20,513 bases of DNA from Myxococcales bacterium (GCA_031404295.1 JANNHJ010000361.1:1-20513); one strand, 5' to 3'. Counted from the first letter of the stretch, positions 7,741 through 16,398 are shown. A program made the numbers and translations. Notes: generated by a model not told the origin, from the sequence alone.

Positions 7741-8468
7741 TGGGCATGCTCGTCGAGTCAGCCCGAGTGGCTGTGTGCATCGTGCTTGCCCTCGCCGGTC
7801 TGTCGCCGGCGTCGGCATGGGCTGGTCAGCCCGAGCCAGCCCGGCCCGCCGACCCCGACGCGATCGTCGACGTTCACGCCCACGAGCCCGAAGTTGCAGT
7901 CGACCCCCCCGAGCCTGCGACCGAGATCCCGATCCCGATCCCGACGAGTTCCCCACCTGTCGGCGGGTCGATCCGCGTGGCCGTTGGGCTCTCGCCCGAG
8001 GCGCTCGGCGACAAGCTCGAGCGAGCGTTGCTCGATCGGCTCGAGCTCTCGGTCCGGGCGTCGACCAACCCCAAGACCGAAGTCCGCCGGCTGCGAGCTG
8101 GCGCCGCCGAGGCCCGGGTGCTCTGCCGCGAAGGTCGCGACGATCTGATCATCACGATCGGCTACCTGCCCGATCGCAGCGATGCCGTGCTGTTCGGCTA
8201 CGACTGTCGGATCGACGAGCAACTCGGGATCCGCTCGTCGATCGCCGCCGACGAGCCCGACCTCGTCGGCGTGCTCTGGGCCGAGCACGCCGATCGGGTC
8301 GCGGCGGGGGCTCGAGAGCGGCGGCGCAACGTGATCTCGCCCAAGGTCAAGACCGGGCTGATCGCCGGCGCGGCCGTGCTGGTCATCGGGGCGGCGATCA
8401 CCTTGCTGATCGTCGGCGCCGCGTCGCGCGAGACCGTGGTGATCAAGGTGACGCCCGAAAATCCCTAG
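7740..8468 (+). CDS. Unknown exported or bitopic membrane protein, about 242 aa. It has an N-terminal signal peptide or anchor (MGMLVESARVAVCIVLALAGLSPASAWAG), a Pro/Glu-rich linker, a roughly 150-aa domain, and a C-terminal TM helix (LIAGAAVLVIGAAITLLIVGAA). Its start ATG 7740-7742 overlaps the pilZ stop (TGATG).
   Basis: The frame is high-GC3. The hydrophobic segments are read directly. The longer 7665 start would overlap pilZ and lacks signal-peptide logic. Confidence 0.65.
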   Translation: MGMLVESARVAVCIVLALAGLSPASAWAGQPEPARPADPDAIVDVHAHEPEVAVDPPEPATEIPIPIPTSSPPVGGSIRVAVGLSPEALGDKLERALLDRLELSVRASTNPKTEVRRLRAGAAEARVLCREGRDDLIITIGYLPDRSDAVLFGYDCRIDEQLGIRSSIAADEPDLVGVLWAEHADRVAAGARERRRNVISPKVKTGLIAGAAVLVIGAAITLLIVGAASRETVVIKVTPENP

Positions 8469-9520
8469 TCGCGGCTCTTGGGCATCTGCTTGATGTAGAC
8501 GTCGGTCTTGGCGTAGGGGATCTCGATGTTGGCCGCGTTGAGCGAGTTGTAGATCCGAGTCGCTACCTCGTCGACGACGGCGTCGCGGATCCTCGGGATC
8601 TCGAGCCATACCCAAGCCTCGAAATCCAGGCCGGACTCGCCGAGCCCACGCAAGCGAACGATCGGCGTCGGCAAGACCATGATGTGTGGGGTGTCGACGA
8701 TCCCAGCCAGCACGACCGCGCGAACCTGGGCGAGGTCACTGCCGTAGGCGACCGAGAACTTGACCCGCACGCGCTGGCGGACATGCGGGCCGCCGGTCTC
8801 GTTGAGCACCTGAGCGTTGCCGATCACCGCGTTGGGCACGGTGATCTCGACATCGTCGTTGGTCAGAACCCGGGTCGACCGAATCCCGATGTGGGTGACC
8901 TCGCCGCGCAAGTCGTTGTCGAGCACGATCCAGTCCTTCACCTTGTAGGGCCCGTCGGCGAGGATGAAGATGCCCGAGAACAGGTTGGCCAACGTGTCCT
9001 TGGCCGCGAACCCGACCGCGATGCCCAAGATCCCAGCCGAGGCCAACCAGGCGGTCAGATCGATGTCCCAGGCCAGGAACATGAAGTAGAAGCTGGCCGC
9101 GATGGCCAGGGTCTTGAGGACCATGTCGAACACCGGCAGCGTGCGCGGCTGAAGCATCGAACGGTCGCGGGCCTGGGCACTCCAACTCTGCAGCACGATC
9201 GTCCCGACCCGAATGATCGCCAGCGTCCAGATGATGATCGCCAGGGTCTCGAGCACCGAGATCACCGGTCCCGAAACGGTCTCGGGCAGCTCGAGCAGCT
9301 CGGTCGACCAGCTCAGGCCGTAGAGCAGCACGCTGAGAAAGATCGGTCGGCGGATGATCTCGACGATCACGTCGTCGAGATCGGTCTTGGTCTTCGCCGC
9401 GGCGACCGCGATCGTCTTGGCGAGGATGACCTCGACCAGCCAGGCACCAACCACCGAGAGGAGGGCAACCCCGAGCGCCTCGATGTAGGGAATGGCCAGC
9501 AGGTTGTGGAGAAACTCCAT
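8465..9520 (-). CDS. MscS-family mechanosensitive ion channel, 351 aa.
   Basis: N-terminal TM helices are followed by the conserved pore/beta-domain region ASAGILGIAVGFAAKDTLANLFSGIFILADGPYKVKDWIVL...GEVTHIGIRSTRVLTNDDVEITVPNAVIGNAQVLN. The start ATG is at 9520-9518. The stop overlaps the convergent upstream gene in a CTAG (8465-8468). Confidence 0.9.
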   Translation of the reverse strand: MEFLHNLLAIPYIEALGVALLSVVGAWLVEVILAKTIAVAAAKTKTDLDDVIVEIIRRPIFLSVLLYGLSWSTELLELPETVSGPVISVLETLAIIIWTLAIIRVGTIVLQSWSAQARDRSMLQPRTLPVFDMVLKTLAIAASFYFMFLAWDIDLTAWLASAGILGIAVGFAAKDTLANLFSGIFILADGPYKVKDWIVLDNDLRGEVTHIGIRSTRVLTNDDVEITVPNAVIGNAQVLNETGGPHVRQRVRVKFSVAYGSDLAQVRAVVLAGIVDTPHIMVLPTPIVRLRGLGESGLDFEAWVWLEIPRIRDAVVDEVATRIYNSLNAANIEIPYAKTDVYIKQMPKSRD

Positions 9521-9681
9521 GACCGGCGATTTGAGCCCCAGGCCGAGCCCGACGCAAGCCCTCCACCCCCATCCACGGCTTGCCCGGCATCTGACTGGCC
9601 CCTGGCGTGCGCTCGACGTCCCAACGAAACACGGCTTTGATACGCTCGTAGGGACTCACCGAGCTTGCGCGGCTTCGGGTC

Positions 9682-10734
9682 GTGCCCAACCTCCTCCTCA
9701 CCATGGCCTCCATCGTCCCCGCTCGGTTCGCTCGTTTGTGGCCTCGCCTGTTCGGCATGCTCGGCGCGCTCTCGCTGGCGGCCGTGCTGGTCGGGCTGCC
9801 GCAGACCGCCAAGGCCGAGGAGGGCCAGCCGATCGGCTGGGCGCTCGACGACGCCAGCGAGACGCTGATCAAGGGCCGCGCGCTGTTTCGCTACGAGCCT
9901 GGGCTCGACGACGAGACTCGCGAACTAGCAGACAACTTGCCGCAGTGGTGGTCCGAGATCGAGCGGACGCTCGGGAGCGACCTCGACGACAGCGTCGTCA
10001 TCCACGTCGTCAGCCACTCGGGCATGGTCGCGCGTGCGACCGGCATGCCGGTCTGGGTCTCGGGCGTCGCCCATCCGCCGCGCGGCGAGATCGTCGTTGC
10101 CTTGCACGACCCCGACGGCTCGCGCTCGGACCTCGAGACCCTGTTGCGCCACGAGCTGGTCCATGTCGCCTTGTTCCGGGCCAGCGGCGGAGCCAAGCTG
10201 CCCCGCTGGTTTCACGAAGGCGCCGCCGAGAGCATCGCCAACGAGATCGACCTGATGCGCGCCGAGGCGCTGGCCAGCGCCGTGTTCGGAGTCGGCGTAC
10301 CGCCGATCGGCGAGCTCGAGGCCGCGTTTCGGGGCGACGCGAACCAGGCCTCGGTCGCCTACGCGGCGGCCCGCGACTTCACGACCTGGCTGCGCTACCA
10401 CGACGCCGACGGCTCGCAGTTCCGCCAGCTGTTCAGCCAGCTCCGCATGGGTCGCGGCTTCGAGACCGCGGTCGCCGACGCCTACGGCGAGAGCCTGGCC
10501 GATCTCGACGCCCAGTGGCGCGCCGGCTTGCTTGGCCGGTTCGTATGGTTTCCGCTGCTCGGTTCGGGCGAGCTGCCCTTCTTGCTGCTGGCGCCTGCGA
10601 TCGGCTACGCGTGGGTTCGCCGACGTCGACAGCTGGCCGCGGGTTGGGCCCGGCTCGACGCCGAAGACGAGGCCGATCGCCGTCGGCTGGTCGAGTCAGC
10701 CACCCGCTCGCACGGACTTCACTTCGCGCACTGA
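9682..10734 (+). CDS. Secreted, membrane-anchored putative zinc metallopeptidase of the peptidase-MA-like type, with HExxH plus a downstream EGxAE. It has a signal peptide ending AKA-EEG and a C-terminal TM helix plus a basic cytoplasmic tail. The alternative start is ATG 9703.
   Basis: LLRHELVHVALF ... PRWFHEGAAESIANE is read from the translation (HExxH with a Glu about 24 aa downstream, gluzincin-like). The hydrophobic C-terminal segment FVWFPLLGSGELPFLLLAPAIGYAWV is followed by RRRRQ. Confidence 0.7.
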   Translation: MPNLLLTMASIVPARFARLWPRLFGMLGALSLAAVLVGLPQTAKAEEGQPIGWALDDASETLIKGRALFRYEPGLDDETRELADNLPQWWSEIERTLGSDLDDSVVIHVVSHSGMVARATGMPVWVSGVAHPPRGEIVVALHDPDGSRSDLETLLRHELVHVALFRASGGAKLPRWFHEGAAESIANEIDLMRAEALASAVFGVGVPPIGELEAAFRGDANQASVAYAAARDFTTWLRYHDADGSQFRQLFSQLRMGRGFETAVADAYGESLADLDAQWRAGLLGRFVWFPLLGSGELPFLLLAPAIGYAWVRRRRQLAAGWARLDAEDEADRRRLVESATRSHGLHFAH

Positions 10735-11825
10735 TTGAGCACCCGCTCGATGACCACCCGGGCTTCGGTCAGCACGCTGGCCTGCCATTGCGGATCGTCG
10801 GGCCCGAACGCGTCGCGCATCGCCGCGTGAATCCCTGCCGCCTGGGCGTGGCCGAGATCGGCGTGGGCCCACAGCCAGTGGTCGTTGCACAGCGTCCGCA
10901 ACACTCGCTGGAGCGGCAGCGTGCCGAACTCGTGGGCGATCGCAACCAATGATCCAACCCGCTCGCCGAGCTCCGCCCGAACTCCGATCAGCAGATCGCC
11001 ATGGGTCGCGTAGGCGATGGTGCCGGGTGCGTCGACCGGAACCACGGCCGCGCCCCACAGCCGCTCGGCCTCGGCGAACTCGCGCTGGCCTTCGTCGCGC
11101 GGGGCCGCGATCAGCTGGCCACGGCCGCGCTCGCCGAGCCCCGAGTGATAGTCGATCAGCACCACGCGCTCGCGACCGATCAGCGAGCGGACGATCGCTC
11201 GCAAGCGCCGGTTCGACCACGTCGAGGTCTCGCCGCCATAAAAAGGCGCCAGCGCGAATTTGTACTGCCCACCAGCGATCGCCCCGGGCCCGAGCTCGCC
11301 CAGCACGGCCAACAACTGGGCGTCGCCAGCCTCGCGGGTTGGGCCCTCGAGCTCGCTGGGAACCAAGAGTTCGGCCACGCGATCAAAGTCAGGGCTCTCG
11401 GGCAGCGGCTGGGTGAACTCGACGAAATTGCGGTTGAGATCGACCCCGTCCTCGTTGCACCGGCGGTCCCAGGCAAATCCCCAGGGATTGATCGCATGGA
11501 TGACCAACACGGCGAACGAGCTAGGCAACCCATCGACGAGCCCCGACTCGATCGTGTCGATGCCGATGCCCGATCCACAACGACCCTCGATCCCGTGGGT
11601 GCCGCTGAGCAGCACCAGCACCGTGCGAGCGTCGCGTGGACCAAACCACGCGACATCGACGAACAGTCGCTCGCCCGAGCGCCCGCGCAAGGGATGTTGG
11701 TGCGTCTCGTGCCAGCTCGGTCGAACGCGCTCGAACGCGGCGAGCAAACGAGCGCGGCAGCTCGGATAGTCGGAGCCAAACGGGCTGGCGAACACCCCGA
11801 GACTCTCGCACACCAGCGGCCGCAC
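10719..11825 (-). CDS. M14-like zinc carboxypeptidase-fold protein of the AstE/AspA or DUF2817 type, about 368 aa, with no signal peptide.
   Basis: It carries the motifs LLSGTHGIEGRCGSG (H-G-x-E metal-ligand motif), HAINPWGF and DLNRNF, which are typical of the succinylglutamate desuccinylase / aspartoacylase / M14 superfamily. The probable GTG start is at 11825. The 3' end overlaps the convergent peptidase gene by 16 nt. Confidence 0.65.
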   Translation of the reverse strand: MRPLVCESLGVFASPFGSDYPSCRARLLAAFERVRPSWHETHQHPLRGRSGERLFVDVAWFGPRDARTVLVLLSGTHGIEGRCGSGIGIDTIESGLVDGLPSSFAVLVIHAINPWGFAWDRRCNEDGVDLNRNFVEFTQPLPESPDFDRVAELLVPSELEGPTREAGDAQLLAVLGELGPGAIAGGQYKFALAPFYGGETSTWSNRRLRAIVRSLIGRERVVLIDYHSGLGERGRGQLIAAPRDEGQREFAEAERLWGAAVVPVDAPGTIAYATHGDLLIGVRAELGERVGSLVAIAHEFGTLPLQRVLRTLCNDHWLWAHADLGHAQAAGIHAAMRDAFGPDDPQWQASVLTEARVVIERVLNQCAK

Positions 11826-11850
11826 TCGTAGCTCTCCGCTTGGACGGTGC

Positions 11851-12666
11851 TCAGCCAGCCTTGGCTTGGTGCACGACGATCGCCGGGACCGGCAGCTCGA
11901 TGTTGGCCTTGGCGAGGTGCTCGTAGAGCGCCCGACGGACGGCCGGCTGCATCGGGATGAAGTCGCCTGGCTTGGAATTGACCATGACGTCGAAGGTCAG
12001 CTTGTCGGGCTCGCAGTTGACGAACACGGCCTCCGGGGCGGGACTCTTCAACACCATCGCGACCGTGCCGGCCGCGGCCTCGAGCACTTCGCGGACCTTG
12101 CCGATGTCGTTGCCCGACGCGACCATCACTCGGACCTGTGCGCGCGGCTGGCCGAGCGCCGTGTAGTTGGTGATCGGCCCGCCCGTGACGGCCCCGTTGG
12201 CGACGATGATCTTGGTCGAATCCGGGGTGATCAGCGTGGTCCCGAACAAGCCGATCTCGTGGACCTCACCGGTCTTGCCGGCGACCTCGACGACATCGCC
12301 GATCGAGATCGGTCGGAACAAGAGCAGCATGACGCCGCTCGCGAAGTGCGAGAGGTTGCCTTGCAGCGCCAGGCCGACGGCCAGACCGGCGGTGCCGAGC
12401 AGCGCGACCAAGCTGGTCGTCTCGACCCCAACCCGGGCCAACGCGGTGATGATCGCCGCCGCGATCACGGCCCACTGCGCGAGCGCAGCCAAGAACCGAA
12501 CTACCGCCTCGTCGACCTTGCGATTGCGCAGCAGCTTGGTGACCAAGCCATGGACCCAGCCCGCGACGATCCAGCCGAACAGGAAGATGAGGAGAGCCGT
12601 GACACTGCCGACGATCAACGGCATGTAGGGCTGAAGGGCATCGGGGATGAACGGGAGCTCGGTCAT
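11851..12666 (-). CDS. MscS-family mechanosensitive channel, the second paralog, 271 aa (YggB-like size).
   Basis: Three N-terminal TM helices are followed by ALLGTAGLAVGLALQGNLSHFASGVMLLLFRPISIGDVVEVAGKTGEVHEIGLFGTTLITPDSTKIIVANGAV. The ATG is at 12666-12664. Confidence 0.9.
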   Translation of the reverse strand: MTELPFIPDALQPYMPLIVGSVTALLIFLFGWIVAGWVHGLVTKLLRNRKVDEAVVRFLAALAQWAVIAAAIITALARVGVETTSLVALLGTAGLAVGLALQGNLSHFASGVMLLLFRPISIGDVVEVAGKTGEVHEIGLFGTTLITPDSTKIIVANGAVTGGPITNYTALGQPRAQVRVMVASGNDIGKVREVLEAAAGTVAMVLKSPAPEAVFVNCEPDKLTFDVMVNSKPGDFIPMQPAVRRALYEHLAKANIELPVPAIVVHQAKAG

Positions 12667-12723
12667 GATTGGCCGGAGGATGACAGGCGAGCCGTGCTCT
12701 GCCTACTGGCGAAATCCTGCAAT

Positions 12724-12745
12724 CTAGGGGCGACTCCGCCCCTGG
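12724..12745 (+). promoter_or_regulatory. GC-rich hairpin about 22 nt upstream of the ggt ATG. The perfect 7-bp stem AGGGGCG / CGCCCCT has a 4-nt loop ACTC, extendable to 9 bp with a G-U pair. It lies in the divergent mscS/ggt intergenic region.
   Basis: Read directly from the sequence (12726-12732 and 12737-12743). There is no following U-run, so it is not a classical terminator. It may be a regulatory or 5'-UTR structure. Confidence 0.3.
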
Positions 12746-12766
12746 TCTTGCGTACACTCCGGGCCC

Positions 12767-14224
12767 ATGCGTGGTGTCGTCGCTGCCGGAAATGCCTACT
12801 CGGCCGAGGCCGCCCTCGAGATGCTGGCCGCGGGTGGAAACGCGGTCGATGCCGCGGTCGCGGCCGCGTTGGCCTGCTTTTCCGCCGAACCCCTGCTGGC
12901 CTCGGCAGGCGGCGCGGGGATCATGGTGGTCGCGCTGCCCGATCGCCCCGCGGTCGCGGTCGACTTCTTCTCGCGGGTGCCCGGGCTCGGGCTCGAGCGC
13001 ATGCCAGAGCTCGAGTTCGAGGCGATCGAGGTCGACTTCGGCGGCGCCCGGCAAGCCTTTCATGTCGGCCGTGGGGCGGCGACCGTGCCCACGGTGCTCG
13101 ATGGCCTGGCCAGCGCCGCGCGCTGGTTTGGTCGGCTGCCGCTGCGCGAGCTGGTCGAGCCGGCGATCGCCCTGGCCCGCGACGGGGTGATCGTCGACGA
13201 GTTCATCGCCCGAACCTTTGGGTTGTTGCGGGCGATCCTCGCCCGGGATCCCAACTGCATGATCGAGCTGGCCGCCGGGCTGCCTGGCGATCGAGCGCCC
13301 CGCGTCGGCGAGCGGCTGCGCAACCCCACGCTCGCGACCACGCTCGCGGCGTTCGCCGAGCTCGGCGAGATGCCGGCCGAGCTTCGCCGCGGCCTGCTCG
13401 ACGAATTCGGGCCCACGCGCGGTGGACTGATCACCGAGCTCGACCTCGCCGCCCCCCGGGTCGAGCGAGTCGAGCCGCATCGATTCACGTTCGGCGACTG
13501 GTCGATCGCCACGTCTCCGCGAGTGGGTGGTCAACTGGTCGCCCGGATCGCCGCCCAGCTGCTCGACCCCACCACGCCCCCACCCGAGTCGGAGCCGCAA
13601 GCGGTGCTCGGCTTGGCCCGCGCCTCGCTCGCCGGCCATCAGGCTCGCTCGCAGCTCGGCAGCACCACTCACGTGTCGGTCGTCGACGAGCTCGGCGGCG
13701 CAGCCTCGGTGACGCTGACCTCCGGCGAAGGCTGTGGCCATATCGTTCGCGGCACCGGAGTGCACGTGAACAACTTCCTCGGCGAGCAAGACATCAACCC
13801 CAGCGGGTTTCATCGCCATCCGGCCGGGGCTGGGTTTCCAACCATGATCGCCCCGACCATCGCCCGGCATCGCGACGGTCGAGTGATCGCGCTGGGCAGC
13901 GGTGGATCCAACCGGATCCGCAGCGCCGTGTCCCAGGTGCTCGTCGGCCTGATCCGCGGGCTGCCGATCGAGCAAGCGGTCGCGGCCGGCCGGGTCCACG
14001 CCGAGGAAAACCACGGCACCACGGAGGTCTGGCTCGAGCTCGGGGGGTTGACCGATCCCGAGGCCGCCCAAGCCCTGCTGAGCCGCGAGTTCTCCGTCCT
14101 GCATCCCTTTCCTGCCTACGATTTCTTCTTCGGTGGGGTCCACACGGTCGAGCGCCACCCCGAGGGTCGACTGCATGGCATCGGCGATACTCGCCGCTAC
14201 GGCGTCGCACGAGTCTCCCCCTAG
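12767..14224 (+). CDS. ggt: Gamma-glutamyltranspeptidase-family protein (Ntn-hydrolase), 485 aa, with no N-terminal signal peptide.
   Basis: The N-terminal region AAGNAYSAEAALEMLAAGGNAVDAAVAAALAC and the autoprocessing/catalytic threonine context GSTTHVSVVD are read from the translation. Confidence 0.85.
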   Translation: MRGVVAAGNAYSAEAALEMLAAGGNAVDAAVAAALACFSAEPLLASAGGAGIMVVALPDRPAVAVDFFSRVPGLGLERMPELEFEAIEVDFGGARQAFHVGRGAATVPTVLDGLASAARWFGRLPLRELVEPAIALARDGVIVDEFIARTFGLLRAILARDPNCMIELAAGLPGDRAPRVGERLRNPTLATTLAAFAELGEMPAELRRGLLDEFGPTRGGLITELDLAAPRVERVEPHRFTFGDWSIATSPRVGGQLVARIAAQLLDPTTPPPESEPQAVLGLARASLAGHQARSQLGSTTHVSVVDELGGAASVTLTSGEGCGHIVRGTGVHVNNFLGEQDINPSGFHRHPAGAGFPTMIAPTIARHRDGRVIALGSGGSNRIRSAVSQVLVGLIRGLPIEQAVAAGRVHAEENHGTTEVWLELGGLTDPEAAQALLSREFSVLHPFPAYDFFFGGVHTVERHPEGRLHGIGDTRRYGVARVSP

Positions 14225-14249
14225 CTCGCAGCCCGTGTATCCTCGCGCG

Positions 14250-15536
14250 ATGCTCCGGTCCCGCGCGTTCACCCTGTCGACCTCGGTTCTCGTGCTCGCC
14301 TGTGCTTGCGCCAGCGAAGAGCCGGCTGCCGACGACGAGGTCGGCACCAGCGAGAGCGAGAGCGACAGCTCATCCGAGTCTGGCAGTGGCAGCGGCGAGG
14401 ACAGCACGGGCGACGCCGAGATCACCAGCGAGAGCGACACCAGCGGGGGCCCCGATCTGCCCGAGGACCCCCCGCCGGAGGTCTTCGACGGCCCACCCTT
14501 GCCACCCGCTTCGCCGGGCGACTGGAACTGGATCGACATTCCCGAAGCTCAATGCATCGACGGCAGCCCGGCCGGCATCGGCGTGCGCTACGGCAATTCC
14601 GACGAGCTCGTCATCTTCTTCGAGGGCGGCGGCGGCTGCTTCAACCCGGCCACCTGCGCGCTGTTCTACGCCAGCTTCGCCAACTTCAATCAGCTGACCT
14701 TCGACCTGGTCTGGCAGAACACGGTCCTGCAGAGCGGCATCTTCTCGACCCTCGTCGCCGACAACCCGGTCCGCGACTGGAACTTCATCTACATCCCCTA
14801 CTGCACCGGCGACGTCCATGCCGGCGCGGCTCCCGATACGCCGGTGCCCGGCTACGCGTTCGACCAGCCCCAGCAATTCGTCGGCTACACCAACGTCCAT
14901 CACTTCCTCGATCGCGTCGTCCCAACCTTTCCCGATACCTCGCATGTGCTGGTCACGGGCATCAGCGCGGGAGGTTTCGGCGCCGCGTTCAACTACGATC
15001 GGATCGCCAACGCATTCCCAGCCACCAAGGTCACGCTGATCGACGACTCGGGCCCGCCGCTGACCGACCCCTACCTCGCGCCGTGTTTGCAGCAGACCTG
15101 GCGGGATCTCTACAACCTCGATGCGACCCTGCCTGCTGGCTGTAGCGAGTGTTTTGGGCCCGACGGCGGTGGCATCCACAACCTCGCCAACTACATCGCC
15201 CAAACCCACGCCGAGCAGACCCTCGGACTGATCTCGGCCGAACAAGATCTCATCATTCGGACCTTCTTCGGCTACGGCGTGCAAACCGAGAACGGCCCGC
15301 AATGCCCCGACGGCATCGTCGAGCTACCGATGGACGGCGCGTACTTCCAACAGGGCGTGTATGCCCTGCGCAGCGAAGTCATGCCGCACGCCAACTGGGG
15401 CTCGTACTTGTTGGGCGGGGTCACGCACACCTACCTGAGCTTTCCCGACTACTATCTAAAGACCGTCGATGGCGTCCGTCTGGTCGACTGGGTCCGGGCC
15501 ATGCTCGACGGCCAGCCCAGCCACGTCAGTCCCTGA
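14250..15536 (+). CDS. Pectin acetylesterase/Notum-family (CE13-like) alpha/beta hydrolase, predicted lipoprotein, about 428 aa. It has a signal peptide with a lipobox (LVLAC-AC) and an acidic Ser/Glu/Asp-rich linker before the catalytic domain.
   Basis: The real start is ATG 14250 (MLRSRAFTLSTSVLVLACAC). The family motifs FFEGGGGCFN, YCTGDVHAG and LVTGISAGGFGA are read from the translation. The ORF-finder start 14133 overlaps ggt. Confidence 0.75.
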   Translation: MLRSRAFTLSTSVLVLACACASEEPAADDEVGTSESESDSSSESGSGSGEDSTGDAEITSESDTSGGPDLPEDPPPEVFDGPPLPPASPGDWNWIDIPEAQCIDGSPAGIGVRYGNSDELVIFFEGGGGCFNPATCALFYASFANFNQLTFDLVWQNTVLQSGIFSTLVADNPVRDWNFIYIPYCTGDVHAGAAPDTPVPGYAFDQPQQFVGYTNVHHFLDRVVPTFPDTSHVLVTGISAGGFGAAFNYDRIANAFPATKVTLIDDSGPPLTDPYLAPCLQQTWRDLYNLDATLPAGCSECFGPDGGGIHNLANYIAQTHAEQTLGLISAEQDLIIRTFFGYGVQTENGPQCPDGIVELPMDGAYFQQGVYALRSEVMPHANWGSYLLGGVTHTYLSFPDYYLKTVDGVRLVDWVRAMLDGQPSHVSP

Positions 15537-15557
15537 GTCGTTCGTTCGATCGCGGGT

Positions 15558-16391
15558 ATGCTCGCGGCCATGAGCGACCCCGCCTCCGATCCGCCGCCGC
15601 CCGAGGGCCGAATCCGCGTTCGTACCGAGGGCCACCTCGGCGTGATCACCATCGATCGCCCGGCCAAGTACAACGGCTTCACGCCCGAGATGCTCGACCA
15701 GCTCGCCGCGGCCTACACCCGGCTCGAGCACGACAGCGAGCTGTGGTGTGGCGTGCTCGAGGCCGAGGGTCCGCACTTCACCGCCGGGCTCGAGCTCTCG
15801 CGCTTCGACATCACCGCCCCGCTCGATGCCGCGGCCGGCGGAGCCGGAACCACCCCTGCAAGGATCGACCCGCTCGATCTTCACGCCCCTCGCCGGACCA
15901 AGCCGATCGTCGTCGCCGTCCACGGCATCTGCTTCACGATCGGCATCGAGCTCATGTTGGCCGCCGACATCGTGGTCGCCGAGCAGGGCACCCGGTTCAG
16001 CCAGCTCGAGGTTCGCCGCGGGCTGATGGCCTACGGCGGGGCATCGATCCGCATGGTCGAGCGAGCGGGCTGGGGCAACGCGATGCGCTGGCTGCTGACC
16101 GGCGACGAGTTCGATGCCGACACCGCGCTGCGCCTGGGCTTCGTCCAGGAGCTGGTCGGCGCGGGTCAAGCCCGCGAGCGGGCGCTGGCGATCGCCACCC
16201 GGATCGTCGAGCAGGCCCCGCTCGCCGTTCGCGAGTCGCGGCGCTCCGCCCAACTGGCCAGCGAGCAAGGGCTCGCCGCCGCCGTCGCAGCGTTCCCCGA
16301 CCAACTGGCCATGCTCGCCGCCAGCGACGATTTCGCCGAGGGCGTGCGCTCGTTCGTCGAGCGCCGAGCCGGCCGCTACACCGGCCGCTGA
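15558..16391 (+). CDS. Enoyl-CoA hydratase/isomerase (crotonase) superfamily protein, 277 aa. The alternative start is ATG 15570.
   Basis: The crotonase core VITIDRPAKYNGFTPEM ... ICFTIGIELMLAADIVVAEQGTRFSQLEVRRGLMAYGGASIRMVERAG ... LLTGDEFDADTALRLGFVQELV is read from the translation. Confidence 0.85.
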   Translation: MLAAMSDPASDPPPPEGRIRVRTEGHLGVITIDRPAKYNGFTPEMLDQLAAAYTRLEHDSELWCGVLEAEGPHFTAGLELSRFDITAPLDAAAGGAGTTPARIDPLDLHAPRRTKPIVVAVHGICFTIGIELMLAADIVVAEQGTRFSQLEVRRGLMAYGGASIRMVERAGWGNAMRWLLTGDEFDADTALRLGFVQELVGAGQARERALAIATRIVEQAPLAVRESRRSAQLASEQGLAAAVAAFPDQLAMLAASDDFAEGVRSFVERRAGRYTGR

Positions 16392-16398
16392 GTTCCGC

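Noticed and set aside
9571-9590. Sigma-54-like TGGCCCCTGGCGTGCG upstream of the peptidase-MA-like gene.
   Set aside because: The spacing is right (GG-N10-GC), but the -12 region (gtGCg) is poor and the -24 element lacks the conserved A/C. It cannot be distinguished from chance in GC-rich DNA.
12707-12725. Sigma-54-like element TGGCGAAATCCTGCAAT upstream of ggt.
   Set aside because: The GG-to-GC spacing is 9 nt where 10 is required. The -12 element fits only partly.
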